NCBI GenBank assembly: GCA_963788445.1
Contig: CAWBGN010000007.1
Coordinates: 35,550 to 99,549 of the forward strand
Direction: 5' to 3'
Length of the DNA stretch: 64,000 bases
Origin: an uncultured Actinomycetota bacterium
GTDB taxonomy: Bacteria; Actinomycetota; Actinomycetes; Propionibacteriales; Nocardioidaceae
Below are positions 1-9,301 of the stretch, in pieces; positions within the stretch are counted from its first letter, which is position 1, and each line of letters starts with the position of its first letter. The notes under the pieces are model-generated. The model worked only from the letters and a program-made list of their open reading frames with translations. It was not told the DNA's origin and ran no database searches. A program made the translations under genes and the position numbers.

Positions 1-1
1 G

Positions 2-331
2 CAGATCGGGCTCGCGCTCTCCGCCAGCGGGCTCGCCGAGCCGACGCCCGAGTTCGAACTCGTCTGGCAGATGCACGCGGCGGCGTTCGCGCTGGCCCTG
101 CCGACGCTCGGCACCACCTTCATCGGCGCGGCCCTCGCCGCGAACGCGAGCGGGCTGACTCAGGCTTGGCAGCGCCTGCTGGGCCTGGTGGGCGGGAGCC
201 TGCTGCTCGCCGCGGGGCTCGGTAACCTCGCGATCGCCGACGGCTCGGCGCTGATCTTCGTCGGGCTCCTAGGATTCGCCGCCGGGCTCGTCTGGCTGCT
301 CGCGACCGGCGTGCGCCTCGTCCGGTCGTGA
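2..331 (+). CDS. Membrane protein, 5' end outside the window
   Basis: Frame is open from position 2 to TGA at 329-331; several hydrophobic helices. Confidence 0.65.
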   Translation, partial: QIGLALSASGLAEPTPEFELVWQMHAAAFALALPTLGTTFIGAALAANASGLTQAWQRLLGLVGGSLLLAAGLGNLAIADGSALIFVGLLGFAAGLVWLLATGVRLVRS

Positions 332-462
332 CCGAGATGAGGGGCGGCGCCGAGGTCGCACACGCGGGCGAGGACTCCGTGGAGGGCCGCCTGGTCAAGT
401 CCTGGGCTGCGTAGCGGTCGCATCGACCGGTGCCGTCGTGACGATCGCCGCAAGCGGATCGG

Positions 463-1688
463 CGGATTCTGGCGGTCATCGCAACAGCAGTGGTCCGATC
501 ATCTCGATCGGCTTCTTGAACTGTAGGCGTTTGCGGGGTCGGTCGTTGAGCTCGTCGGCGACGGCGTCGAGGTGGGCTTCGGTGTGCACCGACAGGTCGG
601 TGCCCTTGGGGAAGTACTGCCGCAGCAGCCCGTTGGTGTTCTCGTTGGTCGCCCGCTGCCAGGGTGAGTGCGGGTCGCAGAAGTAGATGGCGATGTCGGT
701 GGCGATCTGGACCTGTTTCCAGTCCCGCATCTCCACGCCCTGGTCCCAGGTCAGCGACCGGCGCAGCTGCTCGGGCAGGGTCTTGATCTTCGCGGCCAGG
801 GCGGGTGCGACCTGCTCGGCCTTGAACCCCTCGGTGAGTGGCACCAGCAGGGTGTAGCCGGTGGAGCGTTCGACCAGGGTGCCGATCGCCGAGGCGTTGC
901 CCTTGCCGATGATGAGGTCGCCCTCCCAGTGCCCGGGCACGGCCCGGTCGGCGGCCTCGGCCGGCCGCTCGCTGATGTTGACCATGTCCGGCAGCACCCG
1001 GTTCTTGCGCCGGGCGCCTTGTCGGTTGGGGATCCGCATCGCCCGGCCCGTGCGCAGACAGCGCGTCAGCTCGCGGCGCAACGCGCCGCGCGACTGCACG
1101 TACAACGACTGATAGATGGTCTCGGTCGACACCCACATCTCCGGCTGGTCGGGGTAATCCTCGCGCAGCCGGCCGGCGATCTGCTCCGGGGAGTACCGCT
1201 TGGTCAGCTCGGCCTGTACCCGCTCGCGCAGCACCTGGTTGGTCACCAGCTTCGCTGGTTTCGGGCGGCTGGCCCGCCCATGGGCCAGCACATGTGCCGA
1301 GCTCGCCCGGTAGCGGCCGGAACGGTCGGCGTTGCGGGCCAGCTCCCGCGAGATCGTCGACGGGCTGCGGCCCAGCCGCGCCGCGATCGTCCGCATCGAC
1401 TCACCCGCCGCTCGAGCCATCGCGATCTCCTCCCGTTCGGCGAAGGACAAGTAGCGCCCCTGCAGGTTGCGGCCACGACGTGGACGCACCCCACCGGCCT
1501 GGCGCAGCCACGCCAGCCCTCGATGTCGATGGGTGCCCGCCACCGCGGCCGCATCGGTCAAGAACTCACCGGCCTGCCAGGCCGCCCAGAACGGCTGGTA
1601 CAGCTCGGCGATCAACTGGTTGGAGAAACGCGCGGTCATCAGCACCCTCACAGGATCGATCAGGTGTTGCGACCACCGCGAGAATCCG
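463..1688 (-). mobile_element. IS30-family insertion sequence (1226 bp)
   Basis: 24-bp terminal inverted repeats at 463-486 and 1665-1688 (21/24 identical); 2-bp GG direct repeat at 461-462 and 1689-1690; encodes an IS30 transposase. Confidence 0.92.
476..1651 (-). CDS. IS30-family DDE transposase
   Basis: HTH region LSFAEREEI..LGRSPSTISREL; GHWEGD, TWDQG, PWQRATNENTNGLLRQYFPKG and LNDRPRK motifs. Confidence 0.95.
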   Translation of the reverse strand: MRVLMTARFSNQLIAELYQPFWAAWQAGEFLTDAAAVAGTHRHRGLAWLRQAGGVRPRRGRNLQGRYLSFAEREEIAMARAAGESMRTIAARLGRSPSTISRELARNADRSGRYRASSAHVLAHGRASRPKPAKLVTNQVLRERVQAELTKRYSPEQIAGRLREDYPDQPEMWVSTETIYQSLYVQSRGALRRELTRCLRTGRAMRIPNRQGARRKNRVLPDMVNISERPAEAADRAVPGHWEGDLIIGKGNASAIGTLVERSTGYTLLVPLTEGFKAEQVAPALAAKIKTLPEQLRRSLTWDQGVEMRDWKQVQIATDIAIYFCDPHSPWQRATNENTNGLLRQYFPKGTDLSVHTEAHLDAVADELNDRPRKRLQFKKPIEMIGPLLLR

Positions 1689-1826
1689 GGGATCCGCTTG
1701 CGGTGACGATCGCGCTCTGAGCGCAGGTCTCGGCTGCGGTGCCCTTGACCGTCGCGAGCGGCTGGCCTTACGGGACGTCCGGACCTCCCCCCCGAGAGGC
1801 GGATGTTGTCGAAAGGCCACCTACCC

Positions 1827-2312
1827 TTAGATGGCTATCAGGGCCGCGATGAAGAGTGCGAACGCAGACCAGGTCGTGACCATCTGGATCCAGTTGATCG
1901 TGAAGTACTTCTGCCGCCCCGCCTCCCAGTCCGGCGGCATCGCCTCGGGGTCCCAGGCCAACATCACCTTGTAGTGCGGTGACTTCACGGCGTTCGAGAC
2001 GATGATCACGCCGACGACCACCAGCACCCAGCCGATCGCGGTGAGCACAAACGAGGTGGAGCCGCGATCGTCCCAGCGGAGCACGAGCACAACGACCGGC
2101 AGAAGGAACATCGCGAGCGACCAACCGAGGTTGTACAGCTTTCCCAAAGACTCGCCCGCGAATCGAAGGAACGCCCCCATGAAGGTGCGGAAGTCCGGGC
2201 CGTCCATTTCTGTGAGCATCGGGCGCATGATGGTGCACAACATCCCGAGTAGACCGGACGCGAGCCCCGAGAAGAAGATGGTCACAACGAGTACCCACTC
2301 CTCACCCGTCAT
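1827..2312 (-). CDS. DUF1772/anthrone oxygenase-like four-TM membrane protein
   Basis: 161 aa with four hydrophobic helices; P.....L.WDP...P.DW...R C-terminal pattern. Confidence 0.6.
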   Translation of the reverse strand: MTGEEWVLVVTIFFSGLASGLLGMLCTIMRPMLTEMDGPDFRTFMGAFLRFAGESLGKLYNLGWSLAMFLLPVVVLVLRWDDRGSTSFVLTAIGWVLVVVGVIIVSNAVKSPHYKVMLAWDPEAMPPDWEAGRQKYFTINWIQMVTTWSAFALFIAALIAI

Positions 2313-2393
2313 AGCAGAACCGCCTCGGGGTCAGCAGGAGTCCTGAACACAGGGCGGCCACGACACTCGGGCCCAGTCCGACGTCAGCAGCAA

Positions 2394-3245
2394 TCATTGT
2401 CTTGAACCTCCTTCTTGTTGTGGGTGCAGGGGAGACAGCCACTCCTCTCCCCGGATCGGGTGTCCGGAACCTTCGTTCGCGGACGGCTGGAGAACCCGCC
2501 GGGGGACGGCGAGGGCGAGCAGCGGGACGGTGAGGCTGACGGCGATGATGAGCACCGAGAACGTCGCCAGTGCAGCGGTTGGGATGATGACGAGCTTGAA
2601 GGTGTCGATGGCAGTGTGCACCAGCGCGGGCGCCCAGATCGTGTCCCGGCCGGTCTCGTAGAGGTAGGAGAACGGGATCGAGGTGACCATGGCGACCGTC
2701 ATGGCGCCGATGCCGACAGCCGGGCCGAGGGTGAACACGATGGGCAGGTGGCTGGCCGCGATGAGCGGCATCGTCCACGCCGTCGCGGACCAGAACGAGC
2801 GGCCCTGACGCAGTCGACGGAAGGTGAAGCCTCGCCACACTAGCTCTTCGGCCAGCCCGTGGAAGGCGAAGATGCCGACCAGTAGCCACAGCCAGTCCTG
2901 GCGAAGGGGCACTCCGGCGCCGCTGATCGCCGCGGTCGCCGGGAAGACCAGGAGCACGAGGCAGGACACGGCAGCGGCAACGGCGACGGCCCGCCCGCCG
3001 GGGCGGCCGAATCCGAGGTCGCCCAGCATCTCCAGGAGTGAACGGCGCTGATGCAGCATCTCGACCACCAGGGCGGTCAGGAGCGTCGCGGCCAGGATGC
3101 CTAGCCCCCACCGACCGGTGGAGTCGATGGCGCTCGTGACCAGCAGCACGCCACAGAGCAGCGCGAAGCCGGCAAGAAACCCCAGCCAGGACCGGACGGA
3201 CCCGACGGCGGGACCCGCACTCATTGCCGGGCCGACCGTGGTCAT
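2394..3245 (-). CDS. CPBP (CAAX/Abi) intramembrane metalloprotease 1
   Basis: AEELVWRG, SHLP and VHTAID motifs; ATG start overlaps the upstream stop (ATGA). Confidence 0.85.
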   Translation of the reverse strand: MTTVGPAMSAGPAVGSVRSWLGFLAGFALLCGVLLVTSAIDSTGRWGLGILAATLLTALVVEMLHQRRSLLEMLGDLGFGRPGGRAVAVAAAVSCLVLLVFPATAAISGAGVPLRQDWLWLLVGIFAFHGLAEELVWRGFTFRRLRQGRSFWSATAWTMPLIAASHLPIVFTLGPAVGIGAMTVAMVTSIPFSYLYETGRDTIWAPALVHTAIDTFKLVIIPTAALATFSVLIIAVSLTVPLLALAVPRRVLQPSANEGSGHPIRGEEWLSPLHPQQEGGSRQ

Positions 3246-3730
3246 CGGCTTGGCTGCTGCGTCCACCACTTCGAGGTGAGGCAGCGGTACTGGGCAACGA
3301 TGAACACGAAGTGCGCGGCGGTGGCAGCCACGCCGAGCGGTACGACGTCGAAGTGGTCGAAGCTGCTCCAGAAGGTCAGGTTCGCTGCCGCGAGCATGAC
3401 GTGAACCGCGAGCGCGAAGCCGTGCCAGAAACGTCGGGCGTCGTGACGGGCAACCACTAGGAACAAGACACCGACGAGCAAGGCCCAACTGTGGTTCTCG
3501 ACCCAACCGATGGTGTACGGAGAGTCGTCGAACACGTCGCCCAGCGGACCGCGGCCGGTGTAGTACCCGGCCAGCTCGAAGGTGACCTGCAAGGCGCCTG
3601 TCACGCCGAGGAAGACTCCGTCGGCGAGGAGGACCCCACGGCGGAACCGACCGTCGACCTCTCGCCCGACGCCGGTCACACTCACGCCAGTAGCGGCCTT
3701 GCGCTGCTCCCGAACGGCCTTCTTTTCCAT
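3242..3730 (-). CDS. Hypothetical membrane protein (MEKKAVREQ...)
   Basis: GGAGG RBS before ATG 3730; four TM helices with His residues. Confidence 0.65.
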   Translation of the reverse strand: MEKKAVREQRKAATGVSVTGVGREVDGRFRRGVLLADGVFLGVTGALQVTFELAGYYTGRGPLGDVFDDSPYTIGWVENHSWALLVGVLFLVVARHDARRFWHGFALAVHVMLAAANLTFWSSFDHFDVVPLGVAATAAHFVFIVAQYRCLTSKWWTQQPSR

Positions 3731-3924
3731 GTCAACACCTCCGTCAATCGCCCTGCTGGTCAGGGCGGCATGCCGGATGCTTCCGGCGCCCCGGGTGGGT
3801 GCACACCACCTGACAGTGAAACCACCCGGGTGGTGTCGTGCTCGCTCGTTCCGCAACGGCCGTCGGCGCGGCGTCGGGGAAGCGAACCAACGGGAGGGTC
3901 GTTGATGTGGACGTTCGAACTCGC
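3710..3924. repeat. Copy 1 of a ~215-bp duplicated divergent promoter segment
   Basis: Direct repeat of 6081-6294; contains palindrome ACCACCCGGGTGGT at 3821-3834. Confidence 0.9.
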
Positions 3925-4425
3925 GGCCAACTTCAGCCACGGCTGTCCGGTCGAGAACCCCAGCCCTGTGACCTCGATGACTTGGTGAGCAGGTACAGGC
4001 CGTAGCGGCTACAACGGTCCATGTGAACGCCGCGTAGCCAGTTGAGGGCGAAGTGTGCGTCAGACCCTGGTCCAGCATGCCGGGACGGGGGGTCCGGGTC
4101 AGGGTTACCGCGAACGACGACGTCGGATGACGTCGGAGTCCGGCTCGGCCATCAACGGGAACACCTAGAACGGGCCGATCAGCACCATCGCGAGCGCGAG
4201 CAGCATCCACACCAATGGAGTGTCGGCGACGTCGGGGCGCAGGGGGCCAGGCCACGCCGGGGCGCTCATCAAGCCCAGGACCAGCACCTTGGCTCGTGCG
4301 TGACCTCCGTGCGACCCGCCGACAGCGGCCCAAGCCGGTCCGTGGGGGTCGCAGTCGGCGACGGTCAGTATCGGCCCAGATTCAGTCCGGCGTAGACGAC
4401 TGCGAGGCCGATCCAGAGTCCAGGT

Positions 4426-5238
4426 TCATGGAGTTCGCCGGCTCTTGGTGACCGTTTGGATGGCGGAAGCCTCGACAGGAGGGGGGTCGCGGCGGACCGA
4501 GATCCTGCGGCGACGGGTGCCTTGGAGGGCGGGGACGAAGATCAGCAGCGGTACGACGATGGAGGCGGCCATGACGAGCACGGAGAACGTCGGCGGGTAG
4601 TTGCGTTCGAACAGCTGCCAGGTGCCAATCAGGGCGTGCAGAAGCGCCGGCGCCCACACGGCGTGTCCGCCGCGTTCCCACAGGAAGGCCAGGGGCAGGC
4701 AGGTGATGGCGGCAGTGAGCGTCGCCAGCGCGCCGACCAACCATCCGTCGGAGACCACGATCGGGGCGTGAGTAAGCGCGATCACAGGCACCGACCACCA
4801 GACTGCCGCGGAGAAGCTGCGGTGGTCCCGCAGCCGGGCGAACACGTAGCCGCGCCACACGAGCTCCTCGGCCAAACCGTGAAACAGCAGTACCCCGACG
4901 AGCACGGCCGGCCAGTTCTCGCGCACCTCAAGGTTGACACCGAGGCCGTTGGCGCCGAGCAGCAGGACGGTGAGGTACATCCCACCAACCAGACCCGCGA
5001 CGGCGACGGCTTGCGCCGCGGGTCGGCGGAGCCCAAGCGCCGCCGGCACATGCGCCCACCCGGTCCCACCGGCGCGCTGCCCGAGAAACAGAACGATGGC
5101 GACGGCCGCGAGCGCTGAAGCCGCTGAGCCCGGGCTGGGTACTGGGGTCGTGAGCGTGTCCAGCAGCCACCAGGCGACCAGGAAGGTGGCCCCGAAAACC
5201 ACGAGCTCCCGCCTCGTCCAGGCAATCTCACGGCTCAT
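4426..5238 (-). CDS. CPBP intramembrane metalloprotease 2
   Basis: FHGLAEELVWRG, THAP and LHALIG motifs; clear paralog of 2394-3245. Confidence 0.85.
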   Translation of the reverse strand: MSREIAWTRRELVVFGATFLVAWWLLDTLTTPVPSPGSAASALAAVAIVLFLGQRAGGTGWAHVPAALGLRRPAAQAVAVAGLVGGMYLTVLLLGANGLGVNLEVRENWPAVLVGVLLFHGLAEELVWRGYVFARLRDHRSFSAAVWWSVPVIALTHAPIVVSDGWLVGALATLTAAITCLPLAFLWERGGHAVWAPALLHALIGTWQLFERNYPPTFSVLVMAASIVVPLLIFVPALQGTRRRRISVRRDPPPVEASAIQTVTKSRRTP

Positions 5239-6101
5239 GGATGCCTCCGGAACCCGCGCACCCCGGCGGCCACAGCAACGGCCGCGATGCCCCAGGTCAC
5301 GACCAGCAACCAGCTCTGCCGGGTCGAGTCAGCGCCGGTGAACATCGGTGAGACGTACTCGCCGGAAATGGCGTTGTTCATGGCGTGCATCACCATCGCG
5401 ACCAGGACGCTGCTGCGGGCGTTGCCGAACACCCACGTGAACACGATCGTGGCGAGTACCACCAGCAGCAGGTCGGACCAGTGCTGGTCGCCGTTGATGA
5501 GAAGCGGAATGTGCCACAGGGCCCACACGATGCCGAGCATCAGGCTGGCGATCAGCGGCGAGAACCTGCGAAGCAACCTGGGAAGGGCGAAGCCACGCCA
5601 ACCGGGTTCCTCCCACGCACCCCCCACAATGGGGATGCACAGGATGACGACGGCGGTGACGAGGGCATCGGGCCACCGGCCGAGCTCCGCCGTCGTCGGT
5701 GCGGGTGCGCCCAGAGCGACGTTCAACCCGGCTGCGGCACCAGCGAGTACTGCCGGGAGAATCAAGGCGGCGGCCCACCAGCGCACCGGGACGCGCCAGC
5801 GGACCATGGCCCGCAGCAGCCCGCCAACGCCGGGCCTCCCCTGGGCTAGGGCGAGCACCAGTACCGCGGCCAGGAACGGGCCGAACCCGAGCACCGGGGG
5901 CCCGGACCCGGTAGCCAGGACGACCGGCCAGGTGGCCCACGAGAAGACGAACGCCCACACGAAGAACCACAACAGCGGACGAGCCGCGACCGCATGCCGA
6001 GCACGGCGCATCAGCCCGGCGTGCGGGTGGCCCTCGGCGGACGTCATAGCGACTGGTCCGGGAGCGGGGGTAGGAAGTGACCGAACGGCCTTCTTCTCCA
6101 T
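5235..6101 (-). CDS. CPBP intramembrane metalloprotease 3
   Basis: WEEPGWRGFALP, WALWH and MHAMNN motifs; start MEKKAVR follows GGAGG. Confidence 0.88.
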   Translation of the reverse strand: MEKKAVRSLPTPAPGPVAMTSAEGHPHAGLMRRARHAVAARPLLWFFVWAFVFSWATWPVVLATGSGPPVLGFGPFLAAVLVLALAQGRPGVGGLLRAMVRWRVPVRWWAAALILPAVLAGAAAGLNVALGAPAPTTAELGRWPDALVTAVVILCIPIVGGAWEEPGWRGFALPRLLRRFSPLIASLMLGIVWALWHIPLLINGDQHWSDLLLVVLATIVFTWVFGNARSSVLVAMVMHAMNNAISGEYVSPMFTGADSTRQSWLLVVTWGIAAVAVAAGVRGFRRHP

Positions 6102-6294
6102 CTCAACACCTCCGTCAATCGCCCTGCTGGTCAGGGCGGCGTGCCGGATGCTTTCGGCGCTGCGGGTGGTGGCACACCACCCGATAGCGAATCCACCCGG
6201 GTGGTGTCGTGCTGGCCCGTTCCGCAACGGCGGCCGGCGCGTCATCGTGGGAGAGAACCGAAGGAGGAACCGTGGTGTCGACGTTCGAGCTCGC
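6081..6294. repeat. Copy 2 of the duplicated divergent promoter segment
   Basis: Direct repeat of 3710-3924; palindrome CCACCCGGGTGG at 6193-6204. Confidence 0.9.
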
Positions 6295-6508
6295 CTTGGC
6301 CGGCCCTGTCCCGTGGGCGGTCGCCGAGGTGATCCGCGACCGGTTCGGGGAGGTCGCCGTCCGGCGCCGGTCGGGTCGCACGGTCCTGGAGGGTTGCATC
6401 GCCGACCAGGCCGCGATCCGTGCGCTCCTGGACCTGGTCTGGGACATGGGGTGCGAGGTCAGGCTGCTACGAGTGGCGACGGACTCGTCCGCAGGCCCCG
6501 AAGCATGA
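6275..6508 (+). CDS. Small hypothetical protein upstream of the MalT-like regulator
   Basis: AAGGAGG RBS at 6261-6267, GTG start; FELALAG...TVLEG..ADQAAIRALL..VWDMG. Confidence 0.7.
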   Translation: MSTFELALAGPVPWAVAEVIRDRFGEVAVRRRSGRTVLEGCIADQAAIRALLDLVWDMGCEVRLLRVATDSSAGPEA

Positions 6509-6592
6509 GCGCATCAGCCGGGAGGCCGCCACTGGTACGGCGCCGGGGCCGGGGCCGGGCAAAACCTGCCACACTTCCCTCAGGTGCCCGGA

Positions 6593-8865
6593 ATGAAGAA
6601 GCCTCTGACGGCGCCGCTGATCACGGCGAAGCACTCCGTCCCACCCCTCCGCCCCGGCGCGGTCGTGCGGGACCGTCTGCACGCGCCGCTGCTCGATCCC
6701 TTCGCCCCTCGTCTGACCGTGGTCGTCGCCCCCGCCGGCTGGGGCAAGACGACCCTGCTCTCACAGTGGGCACACGACCCAGCCGGGTCCCGCGGGATCG
6801 CCTGGGTCTCCCTCGACGAAGCCGACGACGACCCGATCAGGTTCTGGACCTACATCGTCACAGCGTTGCAGGAGGGCATCGTCGGACTCAGCGGACTGCC
6901 GCTGGGGGCACTGTCGACCCCGGGACTCGACCCGGTCGACCTCGCGCTACCGACTCTGCTCAACGAGCTCAGTGCCGTCGACACCGAGCACACACTGGTG
7001 CTCGACGACTATCACCTGCTTTCCGACCCCGGCATCCACGAGAGCATGGAGTTCTTCCTGGCCTACCTGCCGCCCTCGTTGCGGGTGGTGATCGCCGCCC
7101 GGTCCGATCCGCCTCTGCCGCTGGCACGGCTCCGCGCGCGGGGGAGCTGACCGAGCTCCGCGCTGAGGATCTCGGGTTCCGGGTCGATGAGGCATCCGCA
7201 CTGCTGTCGGCCGTCGGCAACAAACCCTTTGACCCAAGAGCCGCAGCGCTTCTGTGGGAACGCACCGAGGGTTGGGCCGCGGGACTCCAGCTCGCGGCCC
7301 TGACCGTGCTCGGGACCGCCCGGCCCGCCGAGGCAGCGACGGCTATTCACGGAAACGACCGGCACATCATGGACTACCTCTCGAGCGAGGTCGTGGACCG
7401 ACTCCTTCCGGAGCATCGCGAGCTGCTGATGGGCACCTCGATGCTCGAGCGTCTCTGCGGGCCGCTGTGCGACCACGTGCTGGACCGCAACGGATCCGAT
7501 GCCGTCCTCGCCGAGCTGGACCGTGCGCATCTGTTTGTCGTACCACTGGACGGGCGCCGGGAGTGGTACAGGTGTCACCGGCTCTTTCGCGAGGTCCTGT
7601 TGCAGCGACTGCAGGGCGACGACAGCGACGAGCCCGCACGGGTGCACTCCAAGGCGGCGGAGTGGTTCCTGCACATGGGCCACCTCGACGAGGCGGTCGG
7701 TCACCTGATCAGTGCCGGCGATGAGACCGCCGCTGCCGGGCTGCTCCGCTCGAAGGTCCCGTCATTCCTTGAACAGGGCGCGCTGGCCGCACACCTCCGT
7801 CTGGGTCAGCTGCTCGACGCGACCAGCGTGATGGCAGATCCCCAGTTGTGCGTGTCCCTGGCATGGGCTGCCGGCCTGAGCGGACAGTTCTCCCGGATGG
7901 GACCGTGGCTGGACGCCGCGGAATCTCGGATCACCGACGGCACCCCCACCCTTGAGGGCTGGCACTCCCTTCGCGGTGCGGAGCACACGATGAGGGCCGT
8001 CCACGTCAGCATCGTAGGCGCCGACGCGGACGCCTCCGTGCTCCACGCCACCGAGTCCGTCAACCTGGAGCAAGACCCCACCCTCGCCGGATACGTGGTC
8101 GCCCGAACCGTCCTCGGCGCCATGCTCACCTTCGCCGGCCGTGCCTCAGACGCCGTGCCGCTGCTCGAAGATGCCTGGGATCGCGCCCGCGCGCTGGGCA
8201 TCCCTCCTCTCCTTGCGCTGCAGGCCGCGAGCATCCTGTCCATGGCCCTGGTCGAGACCGACCGACTCGACCGGTTACGCACGTTGTTCGTCGAAGTTGG
8301 CCCGGACGTTCGCGCCGCCGAGGCCATGTGGGGAAGCGCGACCTCGCCCGGCATCGCCCGCCTCCGGACCGCCGAAGGCCAGCTCGCCCACCGAGACGGC
8401 GACCTCGACGCCGCCCGCACCCTGCTGCAACAAGCCGTTGACCTCGCTCGCACCTTCGGAGAGGCGCCCGGCCTGGTGGACGCTCTGACCAGCCTGGCGG
8501 AGGTGGAACTCGACCGCCGCGACGGCAGCGCTGCCTACGCCGCTCTCTCGGAAGCCCGAGAGGTCGTGACCAACGACCCGGTACTGCCACAGTTCGTATC
8601 GCGCCTCGAAGCGGCCGAAAAGCGATCCGCACGCACCTCCTTCCGCGAGGCACAGCGGACCGGAATGCTTGTCGACGACCTCACCGACCGCGAACGGGCC
8701 GTGCTGCGGGCATTGGCGGGCGATGCGACGCAACGCGAGATCGGCGCCGAACTCTTCTTGTCCATCAACACCATCAAGGGATACACCAAGGTGCTCTACC
8801 GCAAGCTCGGCGTCGACTGCCGCCAAGACGCAGTCAGCCAGGCACGCCGGCTCGGCCTGATCTAA
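6593..8865 (+). CDS. MalT-like ATP-dependent LuxR-family transcriptional regulator (one frameshift near 7140)
   Basis: Walker A APAGWGKTT, LVLDDYH, RTEGWAAGLQL, WYRCHRLF; C-terminal LuxR HTH LTDRE..IGAELFLSINTIK..LYRKLGV. Confidence 0.9.
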
Positions 8866-8929
8866 AAGAGTTGGTCACCAAGGCGCCGGACCCCCCACCT
8901 GGGCGTCGCTCATCACCAACGAGCCCGAA

Positions 8930-9245
8930 CGACCGTTAGCGGTACTGCGGGTCCGGGAAGTGGCTGGTCCGAAGAGCCGATGACCGGGGTGAACAGGTCG
9001 GCCGCGCTGGATTGTGAATACGCCCCGAGTGCCCTCCCGGGCTCGCATCTTCATGGCCGGCGCCGGTCACCGCAGTGGGCTCGGTGGTGGGCTCGGCGTC
9101 GGCTACACGTTGTCGGTAGATCGCGTCGGAGATCCTTCGTTTCAGGCAGCGCAGGGCCTCCATCGGGGGTCTTGGACTGGGCGAGCTTGCGTCGGTAGTA
9201 GGCGCGGCCTTCGGTGTCGTGGCGGATCTGCACGATCGCCGCGTC
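8930..9245 (-). mobile_element. IS110-family remnant: 3' end of transposase plus right-end sequence
   Basis: AAIVQIRHDTEGRAYYRRKLAQSKTP-MEALRCLKRRISDAIYRQ is an IS110 C-terminus; N-terminal DEDD domain is absent. Confidence 0.8.
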
Positions 9246-9301
9246 CGCACCGCGGCCCCACGACGTTCTTGTGGGGCCGCACCGGACTCGGTCTCGATCG
9301 T

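Larger units (their letters stand above)
330..1790 (-). pseudogene. Decayed small protein gene (DQAALHGVLAR..DLG type) split by IS30
   Basis: LDQAALHGVLARVCDLG at about 345-400 resembles ADQAAIRALLDLVWDMG of the 6275-6508 protein; a possible N-terminal remnant (VKGT..ET) lies right of the IS; frameshifted. Confidence 0.45.

Noticed and set aside
3990-4400. Coding remnant (..PLVWMLLALAMVLIGPF) on the minus strand
   Set aside because: Too short and degraded to assign; probably island debris.
2394-6101. CPBP (Abi-named) genes as an abortive-infection defence system
   Set aside because: The Abi label of this family is historical; nothing in the sequence supports anti-phage function.
7135-7150. 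Programmed frameshift or phase variation at a G-run in the LuxR gene
   Set aside because: Cannot be distinguished from the many probable sequencing indels in this window.
5287-8865. 1192-aa ORF as a giant LuxR protein
   Set aside because: The first ~600 aa are antisense or off-frame; the real N-terminus is in the 6593-7150 frame.
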